A DNA stretch of 64,000 bases, taken from the NCBI GenBank assembly GCA_964016885.1, contig OZ024744.1:77314001-77378000 (forward strand). Direction: 5' to 3'. The notes below the pieces were generated by a model, which worked only from the letters and a program-made list of their open reading frames with translations, had not been told where the DNA came from and searched no databases. This stretch comes from Eledone cirrhosa. Lineage: Eukaryota. Position numbers and translations under genes: made by a program. Position 1 is the stretch's first letter; each line of letters opens with the position of its first letter. Positions 26,897 to 39,740 of the stretch are shown here, piece after piece.

Positions 26897-27415
26897 GCTT
26901 TCCTGATGATTCGCCAGCGTGAAACAGACTGTCAGCTTATCTCCCTTCTTTCGCCGAAAAGAAGTAAGTGACATAGTCACTACTTTAAAACTGATAGTGT
27001 ATGGTCTTCTAAATGTTTTAAATTAAACATACGGTATATTACCAAATATACTATACATACATTCATGTATACATCGCTATTTCAGAGCACCAATTCTAAT
27101 ACCTAATTTTTGTTGTACCAGCAATCGCTCTGTATAATCAGCTCCTGAATATTACTGGAATTCTATAAGAATCCAGCTTCTATAATTTTCGTCGGAAGCA
27201 GGAAGTGCGTAACTCTGATGATCGCCAATAGTGTGAAACAGACTGTTGGCTTCTCTCGTTTCTTTCGCCGAAAAGAAGTAAGTGACATAGTCACTACTTT
27301 AAAGCTGATAGCGTATGGTCTTCTAAGTGTTTTTAATTAAACATACGGTATATTGCCAAATATACTATACATACATTCATGTATATATCGCTATTTCAGA
27401 GCACCAATCCTAATA
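26897..27415 (+). mobile_element. Family B tandem unit (314 bp period) with two hammerheads, retrozyme/pLTR-like
   Basis: GAAACAGACTGT occurs at 26921 and 27235 with the same downstream sequence. CTGATGA occurs at 26903 and 27215. Confidence 0.8.
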
Positions 27416-27426
27416 TATATATATAT

Positions 27427-27635
27427 AAGTTTATTCCGGGTTCAATCCGGGGTAACCACAGTAAGGTACTCATTGTATAGCAGCGTATAAATATTTAATA
27501 TAGAAATGGCTTCTACAGGACTAGAACTGTTTTATTCGGGAGAAATCATGAGGAAGCCCGGCTTCACGCATATATATATTATTATTGAACACATATATAT
27601 ATGATTATTGAAGCCGGGCTTCCTGATGATTATTG
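27427..27635 (-). mobile_element. Family A hammerhead element (mutated core) with short inverted 5' piece
   Basis: Homologous to 26775-26896. The inverted piece gaagccgggcttcctgatgat lies at about 27610-27630. Confidence 0.7.
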
Positions 27636-28039
27636 AATAAAGTGACAGGAAGTCAGATTGTTGGAATTCCTTTAAAGTTTTTTTGCTTTTTTTGTTTCAG
27701 AAACTGAATATATTTCAATGGCCAGTAGAATTCCAGCGCCATCTCCAGATTCATTGCACAACGGTAAAGAAGGAATCATGGTAAAGACAAGCTGGGTATT
27801 TTTTGCCTCCGTGTACCCAGTTTGTTTACCATGATTCCTTTAGGACTGTTACGCAAAATCTGGTGATGTCAGATTTTACTGACAAGAATAATTGGAATAG
27901 TCTCCCTCTGACGAATGAGTGTCAGCTCAGAGATAATGGACAATTTCCGAAAGTAATTTGGTCTGGCAGTGTCACGGGATGCTTTGCATATTCGGGATAT
28001 AATCTACAGGTACAGATGCACTATCAACTAGACCTGTCC

Positions 28040-28380
28040 CAGCCGTTTGTATGTATGTATGTTCCAGTAAATCCTGAAAGAGTCGTAGAGGCGCCGTATG
28101 TTAATATGGCGTTTCTTGGGTATTTTAAAGCCTGTCGGAGCACACCACCCTCCAGGCCTGAGTACAGCAGATTTCTTCCAGAGAACGATATAAAGTGAAA
28201 GAAATGAGAAAGAAATATAAAGGAGAATCGACCCCAGTACTAGGTACATTTTTTTATCGATCTCGGAAGGATGAAAGGCACCGTTGACCTCGGCAGGATT
28301 TGAACTCAGAGCGCAGAGAGTCGGAACGAATAACATAAAGCATTCTATCTGACGTTCTAACGACTCTGCCAATTCACCGC
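28040..28380 (-). mobile_element. SINE with family 1 head/core and an alternative 3' tail
   Basis: B box and core, followed by tctggaagaaatctgc...gcctctacgac, also seen at 43810-44090 and 46875-47100. Confidence 0.65.
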
Positions 28381-28709
28381 TTACTGGGTATCGGTTCTGT
28401 CCTTGCATACACTATTCCAGTTTCTGTGCATTGCTTGACTTGCGGATCCAGTTATAAGAAAAATCTACCATGTCATTCAAGGAAGAACGGCTAGCTTTCT
28501 TATGCCAGATAGCTCTGGACATAATTGAAAGTTTTGAGAACAGGGCTTATTTTTTACTCTCTGACCAAACCCTCATCAACGCCTTCAAGTGCCACTTGAA
28601 GATGAAAGTAATGAGAAAAGGTAACGACGCCCGCCAGTCTGTTTTACGAAATGTATGAGTGCGACGAGATTGATGAGGCTAAATGCACCTACTCATATTC
28701 TTCTCTTCT

Positions 28710-29205
28710 TCTTGTGCCATCACTCTATCAGTGTTTGACAAACCATGAGATTCCATGCTGTTCAATCTCGGGCGAGCTCCCATAATTCTGCGGCTTTGAT
28801 GTTGAAATTGTCAAAAAAGGACCTCCATTGAAGATCTCTGGCATTCTTCCTTCCCAGGAATATCTCCGCTAATGGAAAGGTCTTCCAGCATGCCTTTCCT
28901 GATGGCCTGTCCTAGGAACATTAGTTGTCTCTTTTTAATAGTGAGCAGTATCTCACGTTCCATCCACACTCTCTTCAAAATCTCTTCATTATTTATTCAT
29001 TTGACGTAGGATATCCTGAGTATTCTGCGATAGAAATACATCCCGGTAGACTGGAGGTATCTTCATGTCTGATTCATGAAAGTCCACAATTCGCAGTCGT
29101 AAAGAAGCGTTGACCAAACAAATGTTTTGTGTAAACGAATTTTGATTCCGAATGTGAGGTTGCGATCAACAAAGATGAACCGGAGTCTTGAGAATGCATC
29201 ATTGA
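28710..29205 (-). mobile_element. RTE-like LINE 3' fragment
   Basis: IKIRLHKTFVWSTLLYDCELWT on the minus strand. Decayed. Confidence 0.7.
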
Positions 29206-29359
29206 GATATGCTTCATTCAACAGCTGAGCCAAATGACCATGAGATAAACTCTTTCTATCACTACTCATTTTATGTGAATATAAACCGGTGTCAAGAATC
29301 TGAGAAAGGACACTACTTTACCTTTGAGTGACCACATGTTTCCTGATTTATCATATGCG

Positions 29360-29958
29360 ACTCTTTACATTCTGAGTTCAAATGTCTCAGAAGTCAGCTT
29401 TACCTTTCATTCTTCTGTGCTCGATGAAAAAAGGTACCATCAGTTAAGTTGATATAACCAATTTTACTCTCTCCACAAATTGCTGGTCTTGTGTCTGAAT
29501 TAGAAATTATTTGTGACGGTCGATTGGCGGCATCGGTAGAGTGTTTAATAAAATAATTTGTAGCATTTAGTTACGACCCTTTACTTTCTGAGTTCAAATT
29601 CTGCCGAGGTCAACTTTACCTTTCATTTTTGCGGGGTCGATAAAATAAAGTACCAGTAACGCATTGGAGCCGATTTAATCGACAATCCCCTCCCCTAAAT
29701 TAGTTGGCCTTGTACCTAAATCAGAAACCATTATTATACGCCATTCAAGAGCGGTAGATTGGCAGTATCGGTAGAGTGTCGGACAACATGCTTTGTAGCA
29801 TAAAGTTATGGTCTGAGTTCAAATCCCGCCGAGGTTTACTTTGTCTTTCATCCTTACGGGGTCGATAAAATAAAGTACCAATAACGTACTGGGTCGATTT
29901 AATCGACTTTCCCCTCCCCCCAAATTACTGTCCTTGTGCCTATACTAGAAATCACTAT
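29360..29958 (+). mobile_element. Three tandem family 1 SINEs
   Basis: Copies at about 29360-29510, 29516-29734 and 29750-29958. Confidence 0.85.
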
Positions 29959-30831
29959 TATACGCCATTCAAATACTATTATACTATATTATAATATACT
30001 ACACTGCGCTATACTATACTACAGCCGTTTTGATAGTATGTATCATGCTTTTGATAAAGTTTTAGGTGCCCTCAAGCACTGGACTGGTACTTTCGTTATT
30101 GACCCTGAAAAGATAAAATGCAGAGTAGAACCAAGTGGAATTCGAACTCAGAACGCAGAAACGCGGAACAAATATTCAACGTTCTAAGCAACTCCGCCAA
30201 AGCAACCGTCTTACTCATGGAAATAATGATTTGGTATTTGGGTTGTTGTAGCTTTTTCGTTTGTTTCATTTTATATTGCAATCGTCATGTTCCACAATGA
30301 ATGAAATATGAAAACAATAATTGTATTCACAGATTTACGACTAGATATAGATATAAATAAATAGCGGTAATCGCATTTTAAATATGACACCATTGATATT
30401 AATAATCTTTGTTTCAAAAGCAATATTACCTTCAACAATAATGAATTTCTCAGGCCTCATTGTTTTGTTGACTAGCCACATATAATTGACTCCCGGGAGT
30501 GACGAGCAGCAAGAAGAAAGGTTAAATGTTTAAGCTTGAGAGGGCAACAGTGACCTAGAACGTCATTACGCTTAGTCAAAAGTTCTTATATTATGTTCAT
30601 GTACAGAGGATAAGACACTCAATGATGGTGACAATCAGAGATCAAAACTATCGAAACGTAGTTGTAGATGTAAATATGGTGAATATACACGCTAGAGATG
30701 ACCAGTTCTAATTTACTGTGTGACTGTCTATACATATCTAGGAGTAAAACGATGATCAAAGATGTAACTGATCAAAAGATAATATATATCGATACACGGG
30801 GCGGCCAATGCGTGGGTTCCCATTTGCTCAT

Positions 30832-31572
30832 AATAATTGTTTCTACTTTTGGCACAAGGTCAACAATTATCCCAATGTTTTACTGGTACTTTACTTTATA
30901 GACCACGTAAGGATGAAAGGCAAAGTTAACCTAGGCGGGATTTGAACTCAGAATTTAACGGGCCGTCACTCTGTGCTGCAAAGCATGGTGTGCGATTCTC
31001 TACCGATACTGCCAATCCGTCGCTCATAATAATTGTTTCTACTTTTGGCACAAAGCCAGCAATTACGCCAGTGTATTACTGGTACTTTATTTTATCGACC
31101 ACGTAAGAATGAAAGGTAAAGTTAACCTCGGCGGGATTTGAACTCAGATCATAAAGTAATGAGAGATGGGGAGAGTGGGAGAAACGGTGGGAGTTACAGT
31201 GGGAGATTGGTTTCTCAGTGTTCGGATCTGGTGTACATGTGTGTGTGACTGATTTATTTGTACAATTTTATAAACTAAGAAGAATATTAAAGCATTTGAA
31301 ACATAATCCCCACCCCCACCTCACCCCAAGTAGAATACAATATATATAAATTAGGTTGTTAATTGTGGTTTATGATTCAGGCACAAGGCAAACAATCTTG
31401 GGGAAGGTGAAAGTCGTTTAATCGATCCCAGTGTGTTACTGGTACTTTATTTTAACAACCCCACAAGGATGAAACGCAAAACTAACCTCGGCATGATTTG
31501 AAATCAGAACGTAAGGGGTCTTAACTCTATGCTGTAAAGCATGGTGTTCAATGCTCTACCGATACTGCCAAT
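30832..31572 (-). mobile_element. Cluster of family 1 SINEs
   Basis: Copies at about 30832-31023, 31030-31149 (partial) and 31364-31572. Confidence 0.85.
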
Positions 31573-32149
31573 CTATAACTCAGATTTGGTTATTAATTAT
31601 AAAAATTGTAAATACGAGAAATAGTGTTCAGAGTTTCTTTCGTCGGAAGTTACCAGCACTTAACTCTCCTACACCAAGACACTTAGGTCTCAACTCATTC
31701 GAAATCATCCTGCTGTTGACAGTTTCCGTAAGAAAAAAATAATAATATATTATTATATTGTTAAAGACAACGACACCATTATATGACCGGTTTGGTGTTT
31801 TGTTTGTTTTTAGTTTTAGTTCGCAATCTTGATGTTTACATCTATTCTGAGTACATCGCACGAAGTTGATGTTGAAACATAAAAGTTTCCGGTTCTCTTA
31901 CAACACAGATGACATCTGGCATGGTGGGCCATCTACACCAAATTATTATTTCTTTTGTGCGTGTGTGTGTGTATTTAACAGAACTATGGGCCTAAAATTG
32001 TCGATGATGTCACCTCACCACTAACCCCACCACTAACCAACTATTTTGAGTCTTTCCTCAACAAGATCATCACTCCTCGGCTCCTCACAAAGGTGTCAAC
32101 AACATCCGCTACTTCGGCTATTGAATATTCTATGGGCGGAAAACTTTTG

Positions 32150-33182
32150 CCACCCACTCACGGCCACGTAATACCCTCAGCGCCCCCACACGGCCACATA
32201 AAACCCTCAGCGCCCCCCCACAGCCACGTAATACCCTCAGCGCCCCCACACGGCCACATAACACCCTCAGCGCCCACTCACAGCCACGTAATACCCTCAG
32301 CGCCCCCTCACGACCTCGTAGTACCCACAGCGCCCCCACACGGCCACATAAAACCCTCAGCGCCTCCACACAGCCACGTAACACCCTCAGCGCCCCCACA
32401 CGGCCACATAACACCCTCAGCGCCCTCTCACGGCCATGTAATACCCTCAGCGCCCCCTCACGGCCTCGTAATACCCACAGCGCCCCCACACGGCCACATA
32501 AAACCCTCAGCGCCCCCCACAGCTACGTAATACCCTCAGCGCCCCCACACGGCCACATAAAACCCTCAGCGCCCCCACACGGCCACATAATACCGTCAGC
32601 GCCCCCTCACGGCCTCGTAATACCCTCAGCGCCCCCACACGGCCACATAATACCCTCAGCGCCCCCACACGGCCTCGTAATACCCTCAGCGCCCCCTCAG
32701 CGCCCCCTCACGGTCTCGTAATACCCTCAGCGCCCCCACACGACCACATACTACCCTCAGCACCCCTTCACGGCCTCGTAATACACTCAGCGCCCCCCAC
32801 ACGACCACATAATACCCTCAGCGCCCCCTCAGCGCCCCCTCACGACCTCGTAATACCCTCAGCGCCCCCACACGGCCACATAATACCCTCAGCGCCCCCC
32901 ACAGCCACGTAATACCCTCAGCGCCCCCACACGGCCACATAAAACCCTCAGCGCCCCCACACGGCCACATAATACCGTCAGCGCCCCCTCACGGCCTCGT
33001 AATATCCTCAGCGCCCCCACACGGCCACATAATACCCTCAGCGCCCCCACACGGCCTCGTAATACCCTCAGCGCCCCCTCAGCGCCCCCTCACGGCCTCG
33101 TAATACCCTCAGCGCCCCCACACGGCCACATAATACCCTCAGCGCCCCACTCACGGCCATGTAATACCTTCAGCGCCCCCAC
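32150..33182. repeat. 30-bp GC-rich minisatellite, more than 30 units
   Basis: Unit cacggcc(a/t)c(a/g)taataccctcagcgccccc. In frame for the first ~12 units, then indels. Confidence 0.97.
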
Positions 33183-33670
33183 CCCTATTTCCAGAGAGAC
33201 CTGTCTACACACAAATTGTAAAAAATATATAAATAAAATCTTTAATTTATATATAATAAATAACATAATATATATACTATGTATAAAGAAATATATATTT
33301 TTTTAATTTTATTATATTTATATATAATATGTATTATTTGATATTTAATATACTATTATATCATCTCTACCACTCACCGCCCCCTTAGGCCTCAGTGCCC
33401 CCTGGCCCTTCTCAACGTCCTCCGAGGTGCAGTAGCGCCCACTTTGAGAACCTCTCATCTATACCAACGACACTTTCTACGAGGGTAGACTGAAAAGTTC
33501 ATAGGCTGACTATGAAGGAGTGAAGCTAGGTCTATGAAATCTTGCATGCATAAAGTGTGGTGAGTATGGGTACACCTATGACATGACCAAAACCAAACAG
33601 AAAGCGTTGAAGGCCAATCAGCAAGGAGTTCCTCAAACAGAAATGAGCAAGGCCCTGGATTGGATACACA

Positions 33671-34021
33671 CGAGGGTCGGCTGAAAAGTTCATAGGCTGA
33701 CAATAAAGGAGTGATGCTAAAGGCTATGAAATCTAGCATGGATGAATTTCAACTCTTTTTATTAATAACTGCAATAACTGCATTGTTTCTTTCTGGGGAC
33801 TATGATGAAAAATAAACCTCGTTTGGTCATTCCATTAGAGTATCTTGGTCATCCTATGAAGGATTGATGTTAAAGCTGTGAAATCTTGCATGCATTAATT
33901 TCAACTCTTCTTATTAATAACTGCATTGTTTCTTTCTAGGGACTATGATGAAAAATAAACCTCATTTGGTCATTCCATGAGAGTATCTTGGTCAGCCTCT
34001 GAACTTTTCAGTCGACCCTCA
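33671..34021. mobile_element. Mariner-type MITE
   Basis: TIR cgagggtcggctgaaaagttcataggctgac / gtcagcctctgaacttttcagtcgaccctca. Partial copies at about 33480, 46261 and 51878. Confidence 0.8.
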
Positions 34022-34225
34022 TATGCTTTGCGTCAAAGAAATGATCGAAGGTCATTTTCGTCTCTAGCACGTCATATGCCATACATTTTCTATGTACTTA
34101 TTCTAATAAATTGACTAGGTCCTCCTCTAGTCTACCATTCTCTATATCTACTTATTTGTTTGCTTCATGTATTTTTCTTTTTGGTGAGACCTACCACATT
34201 TTAGTAATTGTAACTCCTGTGTTAA

Positions 34226-34610
34226 TTGGACGACAGGGTCACTTCAGAAGCTCTCACATTCCAGAACCACATGAGACTTATGACTGGCAAGCGGCTCAGC
34301 GACCGTATCTGTATCAGTGAGTTGCTCAACATTACCAAACTTAGACCAACTACATCAATTGTCATGTCAAAAGTACTCAAACTATATGGTTATATAAAAA
34401 GATCAACTCGTGGTGTAAGTAGGGTATGCCTGGAAGGAAGGTTGGCTGGTAAGAGAAGCAGAGGCCGGCAGCCAAAACGATGGCTTGATAATGTCAACTT
34501 ATGGACTGGACTTGATCTTTGTTCTTTAAACTCTGCTGCTGGTGATCGAACTTTGTGGAGAGAGATATCTCAGTCTGCAACTGGTGGAGTTTAGCGTCAC
34601 AAGAAGAATT
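34226..34610 (+). mobile_element. RTE-like LINE 3' end fragment
   Basis: LKLYGYIKR...CLEGRLAGKRSRGRQPKRWLDNV...DRTLWR. Confidence 0.75.
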
Positions 34611-35289
34611 AATTCTCATTTAATTTATTAGTTAAAGATATTCGTGTTGAGATGGGGAGGGGTTAAACCTTTTAGTAACTATGTGCTTGTCCAACAGTCT
34701 TGTCTGAGTTTTCTGTGCATATCACGAATTTGTGATCTGTGTAGCCAAACTACCAAAACCTGAAGACTACTCACCATGTTTATTTGATAATTAACAAAAA
34801 CTCTAAGCACGACCTAAATGCCTTGCTTGCTACGGTTTATACGAGTCCATATTGGAATGTCCAAGTAGTACCTGTCAAACAATTGAAAATATTTTAGCAG
34901 GTGTCCGAGGTTTTTGCAGCATCTCTCCCCCCCCCCCCCTCTCTCTCTCTCTCACCCTCTCTCTCTCTCTCTCTTTATATATAACACCTGTGAAAATATT
35001 TTCAATTGTTTGACAGGTATCACTTGGACATTCCAATGTGGACTCGTATATATATATGTTATTTAACCTGATTGTATTTTCGTCGCTGTGTTGGCTTCTG
35101 TGGCTTTGTCCCCTTGACCACAGTTTTCATTTGTCACGCTATTTAACGTATGTTTACTATTGTAAGATGTAACTTATCGATGTATCGATACTCTCTTATT
35201 GAGTGCTTCGTGCAAGCTCCGAATTGTTTTTTTTCGCGGATGCTGGCCGACCGCCGCAACTTTGATTTTACTAACTCATATATATATAT

Positions 35290-35552
35290 ATAGCAAAGAG
35301 GGTGTGGTAAGATACCAGGTGGACTATAACGCACCAGAGTACTCGATACTTGGAGTAGTAGAGTGGGTGATATGAAAAGATTCAGGACCCCGACGGCTGA
35401 GCTCCGGCCGTTTCGACAGCTCGACCGGAACTAAGCCACCATCCGGCCGTTTCGACAGCTAAATCGGAACTAAGTTACCATTCTGGTGGCTTAGTTCCGA
35501 TCTAGCTGTCGAAACGGCCGGAGCTCAGCCGTTGGGGTCCTGAATCTTTTCA

Positions 35553-35555
<3 letters not shown>
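35290..35555 (-). mobile_element. Family C short element with duplicated foldback, in (TA)n
   Basis: Inverted arms atgaaaagattcaggacccc.../...ggggtcctgaatcttttcat, with an internal duplication of ccggccgtttcgacagct. Confidence 0.75.
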
Positions 35556-35607
<52 letters not shown>

Positions 35608-36239
35608 TCGCTGGTACTGAGGCCTGGCTGGAGGCCCAACCTTCCGAGTTCATTTTACAGGCTTTATAAAAACTAAAGGACCGCTGCAATAAGTGTGTGA
35701 ATCTGAGAGGGAAATATATTGAATAAACTCATAATCAACTGATCCGCTTGTATTTTCTTTTACCCAAAGCCAGGATCTTTTCACCATCCCATCGTATATG
35801 TGTATATGTGTCTTATATAAGCTACTTTTATACAAAATGTCGATATTTTGTATTTCAAAAATTAGGTAATTCCTCGATTATTGTAATGCATTAGAACCGT
35901 GCCCTCTCCCAATTTCTTTCTTTTTATAGTCAATGCCCACCTGAAATTGGGTATTGTTGCAACACCGAACAATTTCTGTTCTCACGTGCCTATGTGTGTA
36001 TGCACCTTAGGCAGACAAAGCAATCGTGTTTCACACCTAGAAAAAAAAATGATTGAAACATATTCTTTCTGCTTGCACTTCGTTTGTGACTCTTTCTAAA
36101 TATCTTTTTCGAATTTATCTATTACTTCACTTTCCAATCTATTTTTCACGAAAGCTATTTTCTTACCAAAGATAATTAATTCTGTCCTAATTTTCCTCTT
36201 TAACAAGACCCACCACTTGTTATTGATAACGCTAGTCAA

Positions 36240-36770
36240 CACACCTTTTGTTGAATTAGGTTTTGGTGTTGTTTTTAGCTAATTTTGGGGTGCTGATTTC
36301 AAATATGGCATCTATTTTTTCCTAACACCTCAGGTTTTCATCTGAGTGAATCACATAACGAATTGTTGAATCCAGATTTGGATAACTTATTTTCTGTCGT
36401 GTTTTCTTGCTACAACCAGAAGTTTTTGTGAATCAAAAGTAGCAATCTTTCATGGTTCTTTGATTCCCGCCATACCATAGGAATACCAAATGCTAGTTGT
36501 TTCTTTGTGCCCTTTGTCCATTGACGTAGATTTTTGACACATGGTTTGCATACATTGTGCAAGCCCCACGATATATCCTGATCACCAAGTTTAAGCTTAA
36601 AGTAAGCCAAGTATGCTCTTTTCACAAATCCACTAATGTTCATTATTTGACTTAGTACGGTAAAACTACCGCATATATGGCAAAAAGAGTCAAGGGAATG
36701 CAAACATTTTCTTCATAATGAGGCCATGCTACAGAACACATATGTTATTTCTTAAAATCAATCTGAAAAG
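36240..36770 (-). pseudogene. Chapaev-like (CMC) DNA transposase N-terminal remnant
   Basis: DSFCHICGSFT...AYLAYFKLKLGDQD.SW..H.VC..C...LRQW..G....L.FGIPMVWRE.KNH. The family assignment is from memory of this motif. Confidence 0.65.
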
Positions 36771-36881
36771 GGGGAAAATAATCATTAGATATAATACATT
36801 AATATTTCTAGTTGTATCTAGATAGATAAAAAGATAAATAGAAGGAGAGTTTGATGACTCTGCCCCCATGACCTTCTCAGG

Positions 36882-36997
36882 AAGAAGAAGAAGAAGAAGA
36901 AGAAGAAGAAGAAGAAGAAGAAGAAGAAGAAGAAGAAGAAGAAGAAGAAGAAGAAGAAGAAGAAGAAGAAGAAGAAGAAGAAGAAGAAGAAGAAGAA
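36882..36997. repeat. (GAA)n microsatellite
   Basis: Pure GAA run. Confidence 0.98.
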
Positions 36998-37084
36998 AAC
37001 GGTTGAAGAAATGGCATGAATATATTTTTAGAAAACCTTCAACAGTATTCAGAAACACTAGCCAATAGTAAGATAGCAGCAATA

Positions 37085-37850
37085 ATAAAATATATGAAAC
37101 ATGGCATGATTAAAGGACAAACAATTCTGCAGTTACGGACAAAAGAGTATAAGATGAAAATTTAAAATATCTCAATAATCTCTCCCCTCCTACCATGCCT
37201 GGCGCTAATACCTTTAACTATCATGTTAAACAAGACGATTAGACTTGCATAGAAAGGTTATGTTAGAACAATGAACTATATTTTGTATATGGACGACTAT
37301 GGACGACAGATGATAAATAACTAGAAACACTGCTACAAGCAGTATATGGGTTTAATAAAGAATTGATATTATATTCAGATTAGAAACATGTGCGAAAGTA
37401 ATTAGGAACCATAATATCATACAAGATAAATAAACCGAGATAAAAGAATGCTAACAAACACAGGCACATATAACGTTAGAGATCAATGAATAAGACACTG
37501 TACAACACTCACAAATGACAGAAAAATGACACATTAGATTAATGTTTAAGACAGAGTTAAATGCAAAAAAAAAAAAAAGATAATAAGTATCAGTATTCTA
37601 AATGTTCTAGAAATAAGTTATAAGTTACAATATTCTGAAATGGATGCTAAATAGATAATGGATGTGAAATCTGACATAGAAAGGTAATTTTTACTACCAA
37701 TATATGGAGGCGGATGTCTTTTGTAACTAAAAAGGATTATACAATATTCATTGTACGACTACAAAAATATCTAGTAAAGAACAATGTAAACAAGAACAAA
37801 ATAGAAAACAAGAACTTTTCGGTTTTCTAGGAAGAATCGAACAAATACAA
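37085..37850 (+). mobile_element. Highly decayed R4/Dong-like RT fragment
   Basis: SPLL.CLALIPLTIMLN, ILYMDD and F.LE.CAK motifs, broken by stops and indels. Confidence 0.55.
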
Positions 37851-39350
37851 AACAGAAGCTAATATGACACATAATATCTGTTCGAGTTGAGTTTCATATC
37901 TCTCACTATAGAAGATACTATCGAAACATAAATATTTCGAAAAAGGATAACTAAAATATGAACTTTAAAATCCTTATAACAATAGGTTTCTTTGAAATGG
38001 TTTTTAAAAAATATACAAATAAATATAGCACACAAATTTACAAATATCCACAACATAAGGAAAATAGCAGTACGAGACACTGCATGTATATTGCGAAGAT
38101 TAATTTCAATACAATAGAAAATACAAAGCAGAGACGAATCACTGCACGTATCCAAGACACACAGAGCAATGCTGATCATCTTTTGTAAACCGAGTGCTCT
38201 GAAATTAACTGGAGCATATTTGGTTTTAGCGAAACCTTGAACCATCCAACAACCCCATGGCCGGGACCACTTAGTTGTAGATAGACTGCTTCAACAACAA
38301 TATATCATCTAAAGGTGACTACCACTCGTCTTTTATTTTATCCTCAACCAACACAGTTATTGATTCGTCCTCTTTTAGAATCAGCGATTATTTAGCTGGC
38401 TAGACCCGTCCTTTCAAAGTACTCTAACATTCAAACACCCCATACGGGTAGATGCCAATTTCTAAGAGGCATCCAGTCTCTTCTTTGCTTTTTGTTTGGA
38501 TTCCCTCTTGTTTAGTTCTTTTATTATATTTTTTCCTTTCTGTCCTCGATAGTTTCCCCACACTTCTTAAGCCCCAACTTCCTCCCTTTTACCACAAGAT
38601 GATAATTGTTCTTACTGTTTGTAGCCTCTAGTTGATTCAATGGTAACAGAGAGGACTTGTTGGCTTTTGGGCTCTCATCGGCACCTATCATTGAGAGCAC
38701 TGATGTTGAACACATTTCACTTGCAACCACTCTGACCATTCTACGGAGTTGGGTCCGCTCTTCTCTCTAGCTCTCTTTTTTGTCTTGATAGATGGCCCAT
38801 AAGTGGAATTTACTACCCCGTGTGTAGCAATTGAGCCTTTTGCACTTCTCCACCAATCTAAACCTTCGCTGACCCATCCACCAATGACAACAGTAATCGC
38901 CCTCTGCGCCAATGTCGCTACAACAATCTTACCTAGAATACTACGAATCCAAAAATATTCTGGTTTTCTCTCTGGCATAAAGACACTCAACTACTATCAG
39001 TTGATATTGATGGAGAATACTGGAAAAGATTTGGTCTTTTCTAGTATTTTCCATTAATTTAATGGGGGAGCCACGGTCCTTTTAATTCATGTGGTTGACA
39101 TTTCTGTTTCTTTTAAAGCGAATCGTATTCATGTGTTTTCTAAACATATGAGCAATGTATGTAATTGGAAAATTAAAAACATTGAAGACTAATCAGTTTA
39201 GATTATTCAATAAAATATTATGGAACAAATGTTTACTTTCAAGTAATGACAATCTGAAACAGAATTAATGTATTCTACACACTAAGTCCGCACACAAAAT
39301 AATCAAACTCCCACTGTCGCCACCTCCGTCTCTCTCGCTCATCCCATCTC

Positions 39351-39543
39351 AGTGGATTGGCAGTATCGGTAGAGGGTCGGACGGACGTCATGCTTTGACG
39401 CCTGGAGTTACGGCCCTTGCCATTCTGAGTCCAAATCCCGCCGAGGTTAACTTTGCCGTTCATCCTTACGGGGTCGATAAAATAAAGTACCAGTAACACA
39501 CTGGGGTAATAGCTGGCCTTGTGCCAAAGGTAGAAACAATTAT
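39351..39543 (+). mobile_element. Family 1 SINE
   Basis: A box, B box, core and tail present. Confidence 0.9.
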
Positions 39544-39559
39544 TGAGAGCAAATGGTAG

Positions 39560-39740
39560 CCCACACGCGACCCCAGCGGACAGAATAGAGAAGGCGTTTC
39601 CCCGGAGGATGGTGAGTGGGACATGCTGGAAGAGCCATTTCAGCCTGCAAGGCTCACACCTGCGGGTAGCTAACTCTGTGTCGATGGTGGTGAGCAGGAA
39701 TGTGGCCCTAGGGCCAAGGACACCAGAAGTCCACTACCAC
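39560..39740 (-). mobile_element. CRE-clade non-LTR 3' fragment (restriction-like endonuclease tail)
   Basis: Homologous to 53720-53937 and 55150-55400. Confidence 0.65.

Noticed and set aside
36729-37082. Poly-Leu / poly-Arg ORFs
   Set aside because: (GAA)n microsatellite.
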